A stretch of 64,000 nucleotides of DNA from Podarcis filfolensis (lineage: Eukaryota). The stretch lies in NCBI GenBank assembly GCA_964270895.1, contig OZ185435.1; one strand, written 5' to 3'. The position numbers and the translations under genes are program-made. This document shows positions 1-12,895 of this stretch, piece after piece (the stretch's first letter is position 1; every line of letters starts with the position of its first letter). The notes beneath the pieces were generated by a model. It was given only the letters and a program-made list of their open reading frames with translations, was not told where the DNA came from and searched no databases.

Positions 1-65
1 ATTGCTCTTCTAGCTCTAAAAACTGGCACTTAGCTAAGGCGATTCTCTGCTGTTTCAGCACTACA
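1..65 (-). CDS. Candidate internal coding exon (truncated by window edge), ...VVLKQQRIALAKCQFLELEEQ
   Basis: Minus-strand acceptor gttttttcag ending at 66, followed by one open frame with coiled-coil-like composition; other two frames have stops. Donor lies outside the window; protein not recognised. Confidence 0.3.
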
Positions 66-86
66 CTGAAAAAACATAGTTGTATG

Positions 87-486
87 TGTCAGATGGCTGT
101 TGCGGTTGCTCGAGAGTAACCAGGCAGGACTCCAACCTGTGTTTTACAGGCTTTATTTTGGTGCAAACTATTTACAGTGAAGAGCCCCAAAGCTCATGTC
201 TGGTTCAGTCGCTAGTAGAATCTGGGAGTGGTCTTTCTTTGGATCTCCCCCAACATAAGAGTTTCGTTACTCCCAACCTTCTCCTCCCCTCTTTGCGCCT
301 TAGGCAACTGTGCAGGATGGGTGATGGCAAGAGCGTGTTTCCCTCCTGTCTAGCTTGCCCAGGAGCAGTGTTGAGGCTCTCCCCAGCATCCTCTGGTCCT
401 TGCACCTCTTCCCCACTGGAGGTGGGGCTTTCCTCCTCCCCGGAAGAGGAACTGCTTCGCAAGATTTTCGGAGGCTCCCTGTAACA
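87..486 (-). mobile_element. Solo LTR-like element (Gypsy-type, ~400 bp)
   Basis: On the minus strand it begins TGTTACAGG and ends CCATCTGACA (TG...CA), with a GA-rich U3-like part and AATAAA near its 3' end (ctttatt at ~141-147 on +). No TSD visible. Confidence 0.65.
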
Positions 487-559
487 CAACTGCCCTTCTA
501 TTTCTCACCTCTGAGCCGATGGCAGTTCCCTGACAGTAGATAACAGATCTCTCACTACC

Positions 560-596
<37 letters not shown>
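560..596. repeat. (CA)n microsatellite
   Basis: About 18 uninterrupted AC units. Confidence 0.98.
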
Positions 597-600
<4 letters not shown>

Positions 601-610
601 TAGTATAGCT

Positions 611-865
611 CAGGGGTCAGCAAACTTTTTCAGCAGGGGGCTGGTTCACTGTCCCTCAGACCTTGTGGGGGGCCAGACTATATATATATTTTTTGGGGGG
701 AATGAACGAAACCCCATGTCCCACAAATAACCCAGAGGCGCATTTAAAATAAAAGGACACATTCTACTCATGTAAAAACACGCTGATTCCCAGACCGTCT
801 GCGGGCTGGATTTAGAAGGAGATTGGGCTGGTTCCAACCCCCAGGCCTTAGTTTGCATACCCATG
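611..865. mobile_element. Non-autonomous hAT MITE
   Basis: TIRs CAGGGGTCAGCAAACT / AGTTTGCATACCCATG; perfect 8-bp TSD GTATAGCT (603-610, 866-873). Confidence 0.92.
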
Positions 866-1021
866 GTATAGCTCCATGGAGTTTTTCAAGTCTACCTATT
901 TTGACCTTGCAGAGAAAAAACAAACAAAGAATGGTATGCAAAACTCAATTCACACAGACACACATACCAGAGATACCTCATGGCTACCTCAAGAAATATG
1001 AAGGTTCAAATTGGAGTAAGA

Positions 1022-1150
1022 TGGTCCTAGGTGGTTCAACTCTCAGCATCTCTATGTACGATGGGGAATGTCCTTTGTCTGAAACCATGTAGAGCTGCTG
1101 CCAGCCAATGTGGACAGTACTAAGCTAGATGGACCAGTAGCTTCCTGTTT
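1022..1150 (+). mobile_element. Degenerate short tRNA-derived squamate SINE (Squam3-like)
   Basis: ggttcaactctcagcatctc...gagctgctgccagccaatgtggacagtactaagctagatggacc...gcttcctgtt matches the body and tail I recall for this family. Confidence 0.6.
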
Positions 1151-1827
1151 TTAGTGGTCAGTGTGATAGGAATCGGAACAATCAGTAATAAATATTACTG
1201 TGCACACGTTTAAATGCCAATATAGCAAGCAGGCCATTCATTTATGTGGCTTGCCCACTCTGCTTTCTTCAGCCCTGCTCAGTAATCACTATGCCATTCC
1301 TGTCCTGAAACTGCTGAACAGAGACTGCCTATGGTGCTAAATAGTGTAGTGCTTTGAAACAAGCCTCACCACCCCCACATATAAATTTAGAATCTAAGCA
1401 ACTTAACTAATAGCACTAGTAGCAGTGTTGTCCTCTGAATATGTATTTAAAAGGCCAGCTGTAGCTTTTCGTGTTTCAGCGCTGTATCATCTTCCCCATT
1501 AACAAGTACCCAAAACCAAAATAACATTTTTCTTGTCTGACCTAACCTCCGAGTTAAAATGAAGAAAATAAATCAAAGCAATGAAGACTAGGTAACTTTA
1601 TCTGCCTTTGGTGGCACTGTTAAAAGTCAGACCAGGTTATACTTTTCTCTTTACAATATTTGAATGCTGACATTCATACCTCTATAATATCTCAAGTGAT
1701 ATATGAATGAAGAGAATGGCACAAAGGTCCTTTGCCTTTACTAACTTTTGTGCTTCACCTTATCAGCAGAAGCTTCACTGTCGTGTTCGAGGTAAAGGGA
1801 GTGGATGGCTGCATATCCAAGACTGAC

Positions 1828-1935
1828 CTCAGCCACGGTAGGAAATTGTAGCAAAATCTTTGTTAAATACCCCTGTATCCCTTTCCCTGAAATGGGTAGA
1901 TCAATGCCAGAAAAACTCATTGGTCTGTTTTCTCC
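1828..1935 (-). CDS. Candidate coding exon GENRPMSFSGIDLPISGKGIQGYLTKILLQFPTVAE
   Basis: Strong acceptor cctgtttatttttctag; one open frame; possible donor gag|gtcagt. Not recognised and could be chance. Confidence 0.2.
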
Positions 1936-2226
1936 CTAGAAAAATAAACAGGGCATCCAATCGCAAACATGAGGAATTTCCTCCCTTAAGACACATGAAA
2001 AAGTCAATCTAGCAAGGTTTAGGAAAAATGTCTCATATTGATAAGTATCTGACCCTTTGCTGGGCAGTTTTTGGAAGACTTTGCAGCCTTTGGAATGCAC
2101 TGGGTAGTATAATTGCTGTTCAACAAGACCACCGGCAGCAGAAGCGCTGTGGTTGATTGAGAGTCTGCAAGGAATGGAGTATACTGTCCTTCTCCAGTGC
2201 AGGATTCCTGTTAGTTGGGTTACTGG

Positions 2227-2459
2227 CACTGGTGGAGAAAGAGAAGGGCGGGGGGAGCGCACCATCCCCGCCCTCCCAGTGGAGTGCCATCGCGGCTGCC
2301 CCTCCACGCTGGGTGCCTTGCCTCCACAGGTGGCGTGCCATGCCCCCAGGACGCACATCACGCCCCTGCAGGAGGCGCACCATGTCCCCAGGATGCGCAC
2401 CAGCCCCGCCCCCACCTGCTCTCCACCCCCCGGTGCCAGAGCATGAAGCTCTGCCACTG
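2227..2459. mobile_element. GC-rich hAT-type MITE
   Basis: Degenerate TIRs CACTGGTGGAG / CTCTGCCACTG; 8-bp TSD GTTACTGG (2219-2226, 2460-2467). It explains the overlapping GC-rich ORFs in the track. Confidence 0.8.
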
Positions 2460-4359
2460 GTTACTGGCTGCCATGGGGCAAACACGGTGGAGGGGCTCAC
2501 GTTTCATCTCTTGTATACTCCATGATAGTAGGCTTTCTGCCACAGTGGTCATTACTATAGAGAGGTTGCCCCCTCTCTCCTTTATCCCAGGCCCTTCTTG
2601 CATACACGCCAAGGGTACAGGAAGATGCAAAGCACTGGAAGAAAGTAATTTCCAAATGATGGAAGACAGGAAGCTGCCTTCTGTATTGAATGTGCCTTTT
2701 CAGAGACAAAGCAAAAAATCTAGGCAACGGACGCTTTCTAGGCAGTACTCTCATGGGGTTTGGCAAGTTGGTTGTCTTGGTGGGCATTTAGCTTCCTCTT
2801 GCATCTCCCCCATGGTCCCAAACTATATAAAACAGCACACAACCTCAATATATATATATAAAACACACACAAAGAGATGAGCACCTCACTTGTTGGGTGA
2901 CTTGACTTGCTTGAAAGAGACACAGTAACAGCTTTTTAGAGGGAAAGGACTTGTTGCTGTCTTAAAATTAGAACTGTTTTTTATATGAAATAAAAAACAA
3001 CCACACGTTCATGGTACCCTCTAGCCCACACAGTTTATGGTAGAGAAAAATGAACATTTAGGGCCTCTCAGGATTATGTTGGCATGTTGTTAACTGTTTT
3101 AGATGCTTGCTGTCTATATTAAGCCGATCGCATGCAGTTGTTGCTATACAAAGAATGTGATGTTTAAATTATTTTTTAAAAATTATATATTTTAATTATG
3201 CTTATTATTTGTAATTGGCTTTATACTTACAAACTGCTTAGAGGCCACATTAAGCGGTGGCGATTGGCAATTAAGCGGTGAACAAATTAAGTAATCCTAA
3301 TACCAACAATTTGGCTTTCAGTGCATTGTTGGGGAAAATGTCTTTTAGTGGATGGGCTAAAATGATTTGATAGGTAGGTACATATTCTACGTACTAAATT
3401 TCACTTTCCTCTTCCTTTTTACATATAGCTCAACAGTCCTAAGAGGGTGTCAGGGGAAGAAACAGCAAGTTCCAGACCAGGTCACCTAAGCTGTCATGAT
3501 TTTTTTCATGTGCGTTATTGTGACCTTTGAAATGTGATTTTTGCCCTTCTGTCCTAACACCAGACCTTTTTCTTTCATGCTGAGTATAACGTACTAAATA
3601 TATCTCGCCATATATTCACAGGCTGCTCTCATTGACTAAAATCCTCCTAGCTGTTCCTTTTGGCACTTTTGTGTCAGTCTCCAAGAAACAATTTGATAAT
3701 CACGGTATACTTTAAAATGCTTTCCTGTCATTGTTCAAAATCATATTTATTTGCACCCATCCTTGCTGCAGCTGAGCATGGCTTCAAAGGGCATCCCTGT
3801 TGTTTAATGCCAGGTTCAGTTCTGTCTTCATCTCATCCAGCTTTCAACACCCAGCTAACAGGCAAGTAAATTCCTCAGAATGTGGAACAGAAATTCAATA
3901 CTGACAGTTTCCGAAAGCCTTGCTAATTAGAACCTGGTGTTGCACTGTTGTTTGTCTGAGGGAATGATAAAGCTCATCACATATTTTTCAAAGCAGACAG
4001 CAAGTAAATATGTTAGAAAAATATATTAGATGCTACAGCAGCATAAACCAGGGTTTGTTATCTGATGTATAACTGTGAGACGTAAATATAATGCCTGGCA
4101 TCCTTACAGAAGTCAAAATGAATGGAGTAGATTTGATAAATAAAGGGCTTAGGTAAACTCAAATATATTTTTATTTAAAATGTATTGGGTTTTAAATCTT
4201 ATGCAGCAATGACATAACTTTTGGCCGAAATTATATTCTCTTGAGATAATATCTTTATTTGCACCATTGTCTATTGAACATCTGTATGGAAATTGAATGA
4301 GTGACTATTTAGTTGTATCTTTTATTTATTATAGTATTATAATAAAATACTTGGTTTTA

Positions 4360-4560
4360 TAGTGATTCAGTGGATCTGGGCCTCAGAGATATGGGATCAA
4401 GCCTGTCCTAACAGCCATGGGGTTTCTGGGCTATCTAGGGGGAAATGCAGTTTTCCAGTCCTAATCTATAAAAAGGGAATAAACAGCAGCCTACCTCAGA
4501 GAATTATTGCAAGTCGGAACAAGGTGAAGAATGTAAATAATTAAGGGTGTTAAAATAAAG
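4360..4560 (+). mobile_element. MIR-like CORE-SINE relic
   Basis: cagttttccagtcctaatctataaaagggaataaacagcagcctacctcagagaattattgcaag resembles the CORE motif cagtttcctcatctgtaaaatgggaataa...cctacctcatagggttgttg. Confidence 0.6.
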
Positions 4561-7500
4561 AGTGCTGAAATAATCAATACACAGTGGTCTAGGTTAGGAA
4601 ATGAAAGCACAAATAATATTTACAGCTATCCTACTGCAGGGGTCCAAAATCAAGTAAATTTGGTGCCTATAAATAAATGGTCAGAATTATTTATTTCTTC
4701 TGATCTATGACAACCCATAGCTGGATGGTCAAGTGTTTGATTGGATTGATAGTTTCTCACCCTTTTAACACAATGGTTGCTTAGGAGATGGGGTTGGTGG
4801 GAGACTCCAGGAACTGGGAAACTCTCACTAACCTAGCCAAAGGTATGTGAAGCAACTGAGTAGAATGGGGTGAGGGAAGGCCATTCTGACCTAATGTTAA
4901 GATGCAGGTCAGGTAGCCAACAGACAAGGAAAGGCTCAGGTGTAGAGGAGAGAGGGGAGATGCCACGGGCAAAGGAAAGGTGTGGTAACCAAGGGGTACT
5001 CAGATGCAGAGCTTCTTCAGAACTACATTCCTATACATATAGCCGCCACTTGCGGCATGTCACTGACAAGACAATGGGGAGGGGCCACAGCTGAAGAGGA
5101 GAATGAAAGAAAAGGAGGAACAGCCAAACAGCATCTAAAGCAGGAAAATGTGGACTGAATCAAGCCAGGTAAGGAAGTTGGGGGCTGGCAATCAACAGCC
5201 CTTATGGTTGCTGTGCATATAGCTGAGTCTTTTTTATGGCCACAGTTCCATACAGAGTACCAGTCTTTGGTGGGAATCTCACTAGTTTGTAAATGATGTT
5301 ATCCGTTTCTGTATGCTTGTTGGGGGAGGATCACACATCATTTAAATAAATTTGAGATACACTTAAATTTAGAAAAGCACCTTCTGATTATTGGGAGTAA
5401 AACAATGACACTTACAACAAGTTATCTGAACCAATGGTAGGTGATAGAAAAGTAACCTGTTCTTTCTTGTCACTGATTCCTTCTCTTTTAGTAACTATGG
5501 GGGCGGGGATTACTTGTTGGTAATCTAAATTACTTCCTTTTAGACTTTATTTCTCTTCCTGCTTCTTTTCCAACTTCAGTCAGCTAGAATCTCCATGATG
5601 GCAATATGTGCTCAGAAAGGCTTTGTTTCTTTGGAGTAATAAACTTTAAGCATTCTTTCTCTTTCAACCAGCAGTCTTAATAGACTATTTATTTCTGTTC
5701 CCTGCTTCAGTATATTCATCAAACTACAAAACTGGTAAGAGCATGGTGCTTCTCTTTCCCCCCTCCCACCACTTTTAAACAGAAATATGTATCAAAGTAT
5801 TAACCAATTATGTTTGTGCATTTCCACATTATACTAGTTACATGTGTTCTTATGGCCACGACTGACTGCTTACAACAAAACACTGATGTACTACAAGTTT
5901 CCTTATGGAAGAATATTGCCAATGCAAGCTGCTGATGGCTTCAGTTCAAAAAAGAAAAGGTATTCTAGTTTACATCTTCCCTCTTCACCCATCCTGCCTG
6001 ACAAGGTTAAGTATTCAGCTGTGAATCTCTTATTAAGACACATGGGGATAGCATAGACATATTGCATGTTTCTTATTCTTAGGAAACAAGGCTACAGTCT
6101 TCTTCATCTTTTGGTTTTATGCTTAGATCACAAATGATATGCAGTCTACTGTGTCCACTTTTACAAAACCAGCTCGATTTGTCCTTAATTTAAAAACATT
6201 CCTGTTTACCTAGGCATTTAATGGATGAAAGATACTGGCAACCTTGACATTATAAGCTGTGAGGCATCAGCTAAGGAGCCTGATCAGGACTAAGAGCAGG
6301 CAGCTGGGCGATCAGGAGACCACTGCACATGAAACCTCAGTACAGAAGTCACCAGAAGAAAGTCCTACATAGGCACCTTTCCCTGAGGAACCTGATGCTT
6401 ACCGTCCCACTTTATCAGTCCAGTGGTGCAAGGAGTTCTCTACAAGGAGATGGAGCCTGGATGAGGTGGTATGGAGAAAGGTTTAAAAGGCCACAGTGTG
6501 CTCCCAGCAAAAGTTGCTCACTTAGAGCTATCTACGGTCCTGCAACTTCCAACCCATCTTGCCTTGCCTCTTTCTCCACAGGATCCAGCACTGGACTAGA
6601 ACCTGACAGCAACATCCATGGGATGCATATTTCCCCCACATATCCCAAAGTACACTGGAGGATGTGGCTTTCCAGTCTTTGGGAGAAAGGCAGAAGCATA
6701 GTGAAACAAAATCATGTCCCTGTTGCTTCTGCTCTGCATAACACCCAAAGCCACTCACTGCCCTAGCCATTACTGAGATTAAAATACCCAAAACAAAAAA
6801 ATCAGATCAATAGAAGTACTTAGAAGATCTAGCAATCTCACATACAGTGGTAAAATGAAGAATACTACTTGTATTGAATCCATTCTGTTTAGTACAATTG
6901 GTCCTTGGCCAATGTTTAAACATCATCAATTCTCGTTTTCAAATATTATAGCGTCCACAATACCTTTTGGAAAATGACTTGTTTCCTATTTATCCCATGA
7001 GGACCAATAGCATCAATCAATGTATGCTAATGTTTGCAAGCATTTCCAGAGATGAAGGCCAGAAAAGAAACACATCGTTCTAAAATAGCAGGGACTGATA
7101 GCAAACCTAGTATAATAACAAGATGCCTATGGATGGTCCTGCTACCTATCCCAAAGCTTGTGATGGGACTTCCATGTGGTTTCTATATATGCGGTAATTC
7201 TTCAGTAAATATGTGTGCAAATAATAAAAGAAAATATGAAAGCTCTTGTTTTTGAAAAAATTAGAAAAAGTTCCAGCCCTGCAGAGAAAGTTGCAGCTTA
7301 CAGCTTCTCTTCTTTTTCTTTTTTTCAGTGGTGGGAATTAGAAAAAGGAATATTATTTCAGCTGCCTATGTCTCAGCATAAGTATCATCACATCATCAAG
7401 GAAATGAGCTCTGTCAATGTACAGAACTTTTAAGTACACATAAATTATAATAGGCTTGATGGATTGATTATGTCTTAATTATGTTGATTATGTCTATTAA

Positions 7501-8359
7501 AATAATTTGGCTTCTGATTATAGTTCCCCCTTGTATACACTATAATTGCAACTCTCTAGAACTATGTTGTTCCTTTTGCTGAAAAGTTATCCTTACAGAA
7601 TGATCCTAAAACAACTATGGACAAGGTCCTGACAGTTAATTATACCAAAAAGGTAATGAAAAGGAACACTATGACATCACGCTTAGCAAAAATCCTTGCA
7701 AGAGTGACCTAATTTTGAATGTGGGGGTAGCATGGAAGAGAAACCAAAAACATTGTACACTTCTACTATTAAAACACACGGTTGTTTAATCTTCCCATTT
7801 GCTTTGTCCTGCTCACCTTTCCCCTCAATTCATTGAATATAATAACATGTATATTGTTCAATATAGGCTTTCAAACTATACAAATAAGTTTCTAGCAGGT
7901 GGGTTGGGCTAGACTTGGTAGGAGCAAAATGACTATTGAACCCTACTTGCCCCAGTCCAAAGGAAACATGTACGTATGGAGTCTGGTCATGTTGCGATTC
8001 TAGACTGGCAATGGTGGCTGGCCGCAGAGAAGAGCGGGTGCAGAGAGCCATTTCAGATGGTAATGTTGTCCTTTCATTGAGGTCTTAACCACACTTACCT
8101 TTACTCCACTCATTCTAGGCATGGCCTGCACCTTAAAGCTCTGTGTCCAAGTTCCCCCGTTTTTTTGCTCCAGAGATTTCCCTGCAACAGCTCGCTCTTT
8201 AAACCTCCATCAGAGCAAGCAGCAACCGGCAGAAAACCCAAACTGACGATGGCTCCGACTGAGTGCTAGTTTGGTGGGGGGAGGAGGATGCTTGGATATG
8301 GAGCTTTTAAGCACAGACCGGTGCCTAGAAAGAGCAGGGCAAAAGATAAGTGTGAATAT

Positions 8360-9540
8360 GCCCAAAGTCGCAATGCCATAATGGAGGCACCTTTAGTTGA
8401 ACATTTTATTTCCCACAAGCATTCAGATAGGTAAAGGGACACCTGACCATTAGGTCCAGTCGTGACCGACTCTGAGGTTGCAGTGCTCATCTCGCTTTAT
8501 TGGCCGAGGGAGCCGGTGTACAGCTTCCGGGTCATGTGGCCAGCATAACTAAGCCACTTCTAGCGAACCAGAGCAGCACACGGAAACGCCGTTTACCTTC
8601 CCACTGGAGCGGTACCTATTTATCTACTTGCACTTTGATGTGCTTTCGAACTGCTAGGTGGGCAGGAGCTGGGACCGAGCAACGGGAGCTCACCCTGTTG
8701 CGGGGATTCGAACCGCTGACCTTCTGATCGGCAAGCTCTAGGCTCTGTGGTTTAACCCACAGCGCCACCCACATTCAGATACTGATTTATTATTCACTGT
8801 TTTATGGGTCAATCATAGGAGAGTTGGTATAAGACAAGATTTGGAACGGCGGTTACGCCAACAAGAAACACGTTTCATCTACATGTTCAACTCTGTTCAT
8901 CTGGGGGGACTGAATTCTGAGTTAGATTTCCATTGTTTTATTTAATTGCATTATCTACCATGATCCACTGACTGGATGGGGTTCTGTTTTCATCTGGTTG
9001 TCAGGCATTCTTGCATGTTGTGCTGTGTCTTTAATTTCCCTTACAGTATATTAGTTTCACCTGTGGCTAACTATATTATATTCTTTACAATTTGTTACTA
9101 GCATCAGTGACTACAGTATCATATGAGCACTGAGCATATGAGCATATACAGTATCATATGAGCATATTTTCTACAGCGTTTATATTTGCTTACATGTAAG
9201 ATTGGGTATGTATTTTAGTTGTACATATTGTATTATGCATTTTATTTTATACAGATGCAGGTTTCGTCGCATGTATATTGTAATTTCAGCTTGTTAAGAA
9301 ATTGAACTGCATCCTTATCGTATTAATTCTTACAAGTCTGGCTGATGAAGAATTGCTCAAGATCAGCTGATGAAGCATTGAACAATCAGTTATTCGGAAC
9401 CTCTGTTCTGGCAATATTTGGTGACAGATTATGTATATATCGAACTTTTGAATTAGTCTACCGCGACTGGTGAAGAAGATTTAGAGACTTTGGTTGTAAT
9501 TTCTGATCATTTGTATTAGTCTATAAATAGGGTTTAGTGC
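8360..9540 (+). mobile_element. Penelope-like element, 5'-truncated: GIY-YIG endonuclease C-terminus plus 3' UTR/pLTR, interrupted by a SINE
   Basis: Removing the SINE and one TSD gives the in-frame EAPLVEHFISHKHSDTDLLFTVLW...LERRLRQQETRFIYMFNSVHLGGLNSELDFHCFI*, a typical PLE ORF C-terminus. It is followed by an AT-rich tail with CTGATGA motifs. The 3' boundary is approximate. Confidence 0.8.
8430..8771 (-). mobile_element. Full-length Sauria (Squam1) SINE
   Basis: tRNA-like head (rc GGGTGGCGCTGTGGGTTAAACC...GGTTCGAATCCCCGC) and (ACCTTT) tail; 10-bp TSD CATTCAGATA (8420-8429, 8772-8781). Confidence 0.95.
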
Positions 9541-10389
9541 CATTGTTATTGGCCATCGTGTTGTGTTATATTGTTCAGCTGGAGCAGCTTCAAAGCATGG
9601 CAAGTTTTTTAAAAAAACGGTACAGGAAGGGCCCACACATCACTTCCTGTGCAATTCTATGCACAAAGTGGCTGCACCCAACAGTACAACACCAGACTCC
9701 AAATTGTATCACAAACTACAATCCATGGATACCAGTCCCTAGATATATAGTTCCAGCTGGGTTCAATTGTTTTGGCCCACTAGAGTGTGTGATGAAAGAC
9801 AAAAAGTGTTATGAGAAGTTTGGAATAGGCTTTTATGAACATAACACCATATAGTGTCATGAAAATCTCTCACCTCTTATTGTTGCCGTATTCCTTGGCT
9901 GTTTATATCCTCCTGCTGAAGATGAGATTAAATAAAGCTGTATGTAAACAAAGCAGATCAGTCATAGGAGCAATCTGCTGTCATTCTGAATTAAATGCAT
10001 GGGTAATCTTACAGCAATTAACTGACTTCTGCTGAGTGATGAAGAGAGCTAATGTCCTGCAAACTGCCTATATAATTCTTTTAAGAAGGAATTCCTTAGG
10101 AGGTGAAATGCTCCATGTCAGTAGCACAGACTTCCAAGATTTTGAATGTTAGTGGAATGTGGTCCTACAACTGCACTAGTGCACACTCAGAATGGACGCA
10201 CAACCAATCTAAACAGTAACATGAGTTAGTTGTACGCTGGATGTACAAACAGATCCCATAATTTGCAAGGCAGACCCCACAGTTTAGCAGTCTTGCTTCC
10301 TCTTATCCTCTCCACTCTTGGAGTTCTGTTGGTCAGGTTTCCTTTGCCCAATTCAGGATGCTCCTTGCAAAGAGGGATAATTTAATTGT

Positions 10390-10750
10390 TTTATGGTCTT
10401 CTAGCCTAACTTTTTGCATGAGTTTCAAGGCAGCAATCTACCAAGGTAGATAAAGCAAAACAACATCGTTTTAAAACAACACCATTAAACACCATAATTA
10501 AAATGGCAGCAGAAAGCTTAACAGTGGTAAAACAAACAAGAATAAGACATAAAGACATGTGGATGTGTGCCAACAACCCAAATAGCATATCGTATACCAT
10601 TTGGAGAATGCTACTTGGTGCTCCAAGCATATATGTTTGGGGTAAGAGTTCCTTGATTTGAATGCCACCACCAAGAAGATTGTCTCTTCCTAATCCAAAT
10701 ACACCTATTGGGATGTGCACCTCCATATAAATCAAAGTAGTAATTAAATT
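10390..10750 (-). mobile_element. Old L2-like 3' end relic
   Basis: On the minus strand, a T-rich 3' UTR ending in gtagattgctgccttgaaactc..., like L2-type tails. Confidence 0.3.
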
Positions 10751-11290
10751 CCTCTAATAATAATAAAAACCTATAATGGAAAAACAAAAGCAGATCACTT
10801 TCACTGAAGATAAAAATCGGCCGCACTTCCAAAGCAGATTGAAAGATGTCAAATGTGTGGTGTGAGTCATTTTTCATATGACTCTTCCTGAAGTCAACAT
10901 GCTTTACTGATGCATTAAAGCAAAGATATTTAAAATCCCGTCATCAATTATCTGAAGTATATATTAGGCTTATTAGGCTTATTGGATTTTGTATGGCATT
11001 CAAAGTGTCTAGGGTTGGCAGGCAACTTGCCAATCAATTCTATGACAGTGCATAAAACAAGTATTTGACTTGGCGATGATTTAATGATAATAAGTATTTT
11101 GTTTTTTAGATTTATCTTCATTAGCTGCCTGGCAGTACATTGCAACAAAAGTCTGGTTGTTGTGTGATAGCAATTCCAGAACCTGTTATACACTAAAAAC
11201 AAGAAAGGAACAGCACCCACACAGTCCTAAATGCTGCAGAAGACAATGACAATGACTTCTCCCATCACTGTTGCCTTCACCCGTTTACAT

Positions 11291-12449
11291 GGATTTTACA
11301 TAGCCTACCTTGATTTCAGCAAGGCATTTGACAAGGTGCCCCATTATATTCTTGTAAAGAAGCTGGTAAAATGCGGTCTTGACTATGCTACCACTCAGTG
11401 GATTTGTAACTGGCTGACTGACCGAACCCAAAGGGTGGTCATCAATGGTTCCTCTTCATCCTGGAGAAGAGTGACTAGTGGGGTGCCACAGGGTTCTGTC
11501 TTGGGCCCGGTCTTATTCAACATCTTTATCAACGACTTGGATGATGGACTCAAGGGCATCCTGATCAAATTTGCAGATGACACCAAACTGGGAGGGGTGG
11601 CTAACACCCCAAAGGACAGGATCACACTTCAAAACGACCTTGACAGATTAGAGAACTGGGCAAAAACAAACAAGATGAATTTTAACAGGAGAAATGTAAA
11701 GTATTGCACTTGGGCAAAAAAAATGAGAGGCACAAATACAAGATGGGTGACACCTGGCTTGAGAGCAGTACACGTGAAAAGGATCTAGGAGTCTTGGTTG
11801 ACCACAAACTTGACATGAGCCAACAGTGTGACGCGGCAGCTAAAAAAGCCAATGCAATTCTGGGCTGCATCAATAGGAGTATAGCATCTAGATCAAGGGA
11901 AGTAATAGTGCCACTGTATTCTGCTCTGGTCAGACCTCACCTGGAGTACTTTGTCCAGTTCTGGGCACCACAGTTCAAGAAGGACACTGACAAACTGGAA
12001 CGTGTCCAGAGGAAGGCAACCAAAATGGTCAAAGGCCTGGAAACGATGCCTTATGAGGAACGGCTAAGGGAGCTGGGCATGTTTAGCCTGGAGAAGAGGA
12101 GGTTAAGGGGTGATATGATAGCCATGTTCAAATATATAAAAGGATGTCACATAGAGGAGGGAGAAAGGTTGTTTTCTGCTGCTCCAGAGAAGTGGACACG
12201 GAGCAATGGTTCCAAACTACAAGAAAGAAGATTCCACCTAAACATTAGGAAGAACTTCCTGATGGTAAGAGCTGTTCGACAGTGGAATTTGCTGCCAAGG
12301 AGTGTGGTGGAGTCTCCTTCTTTGGAGGTCTTTAAGCAGAGGCTTGACAACCATATGTCAGGAGTGCTCTGATGGTGTTTCCTGCTTGGCAGGGGGTTGG
12401 ACTCGATGGCCCTTGTGGTCTCTTCCAACTCTATGATTCTATGATTCTA
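11291..12449 (+). mobile_element. Young CR1 LINE, 5'-truncated (RT C-terminal half plus 3' UTR)
   Basis: [22 protein letters not shown] and FADD motifs; one frameshift near 11690 splits ORFs 11231-11788 and 11704-12372; tail ccaactctatgattctatgattct. Confidence 0.97.
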
Positions 12450-12815
12450 CATTCAAATCAAATCAATGTCAGACTATTTTTGTCTTAACAAGAGGATACT
12501 GCTTCTGCATCTCCTGCCTCCTTTGAGACATATGTTTAAAAGTTCACAGACATGCCACAGAGAGGTCACGTTCTCCCTGTCTCTTTTTCTTAACGACAAA
12601 CAAGTCAGAGAAACAACAGACGATGTCCTATTGCTTTGAGACATGTACAGTGGTGTTATCAGAACCTCTTGAGAATTTATATTCAGTGTAATTTAGACTT
12701 TCATTGATCTGTTGATCCAAGATTTAGACACACTAATCTTTTGCTTAAAAAATATTAAAATATTGTTTACCAAATGCAAACACAAGGCTCCTTGAGTTCT
12801 TAAACCAGTATAAGA

Positions 12816-12895
12816 TTGCAATCCTATACCCATAAGAGTAAGCTCCACTGAACTCAGTGAGACTTATTTTGAGTAGATACGTACAGGATCGTGCA
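12816..12895. repeat. Short imperfect palindromic MITE-like repeat (further copies ~15950-15998, 16436-16514, 46810-46910)
   Basis: tgcaatcctatac...agtaagctccactgaactcagtgagacttattttgagtagatacgtacaggat; internal dyad around the ccactgaa/ttcagtg core, recurring in the window. Confidence 0.6.

Noticed and set aside
6258-6743. TGT...ACA-bounded, LTR-like 486-bp segment
   Set aside because: No TSD and no AATAAA seen, so the evidence is too weak to list as a feature.
8090-8340. Minus-strand ATGAGTGGAGTAAAG|GTAAGT, resembling a first coding exon
   Set aside because: Only five codons, no promoter evidence, and it sits among TE debris.
8430-8771. tRNA-like A/B boxes here and at 18028-18150, 40287-40668 and 61358-61727
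   Set aside because: These are SINE heads followed by SINE bodies and tails, not cloverleaf tRNA genes.
9110-9170. Short direct repeats (tacagtatcatatgagca x2; also 22208-22231, 26744-26775, 31025-31049)
   Set aside because: Local slippage duplications with no repeat-spacer periodicity; not CRISPR-like.
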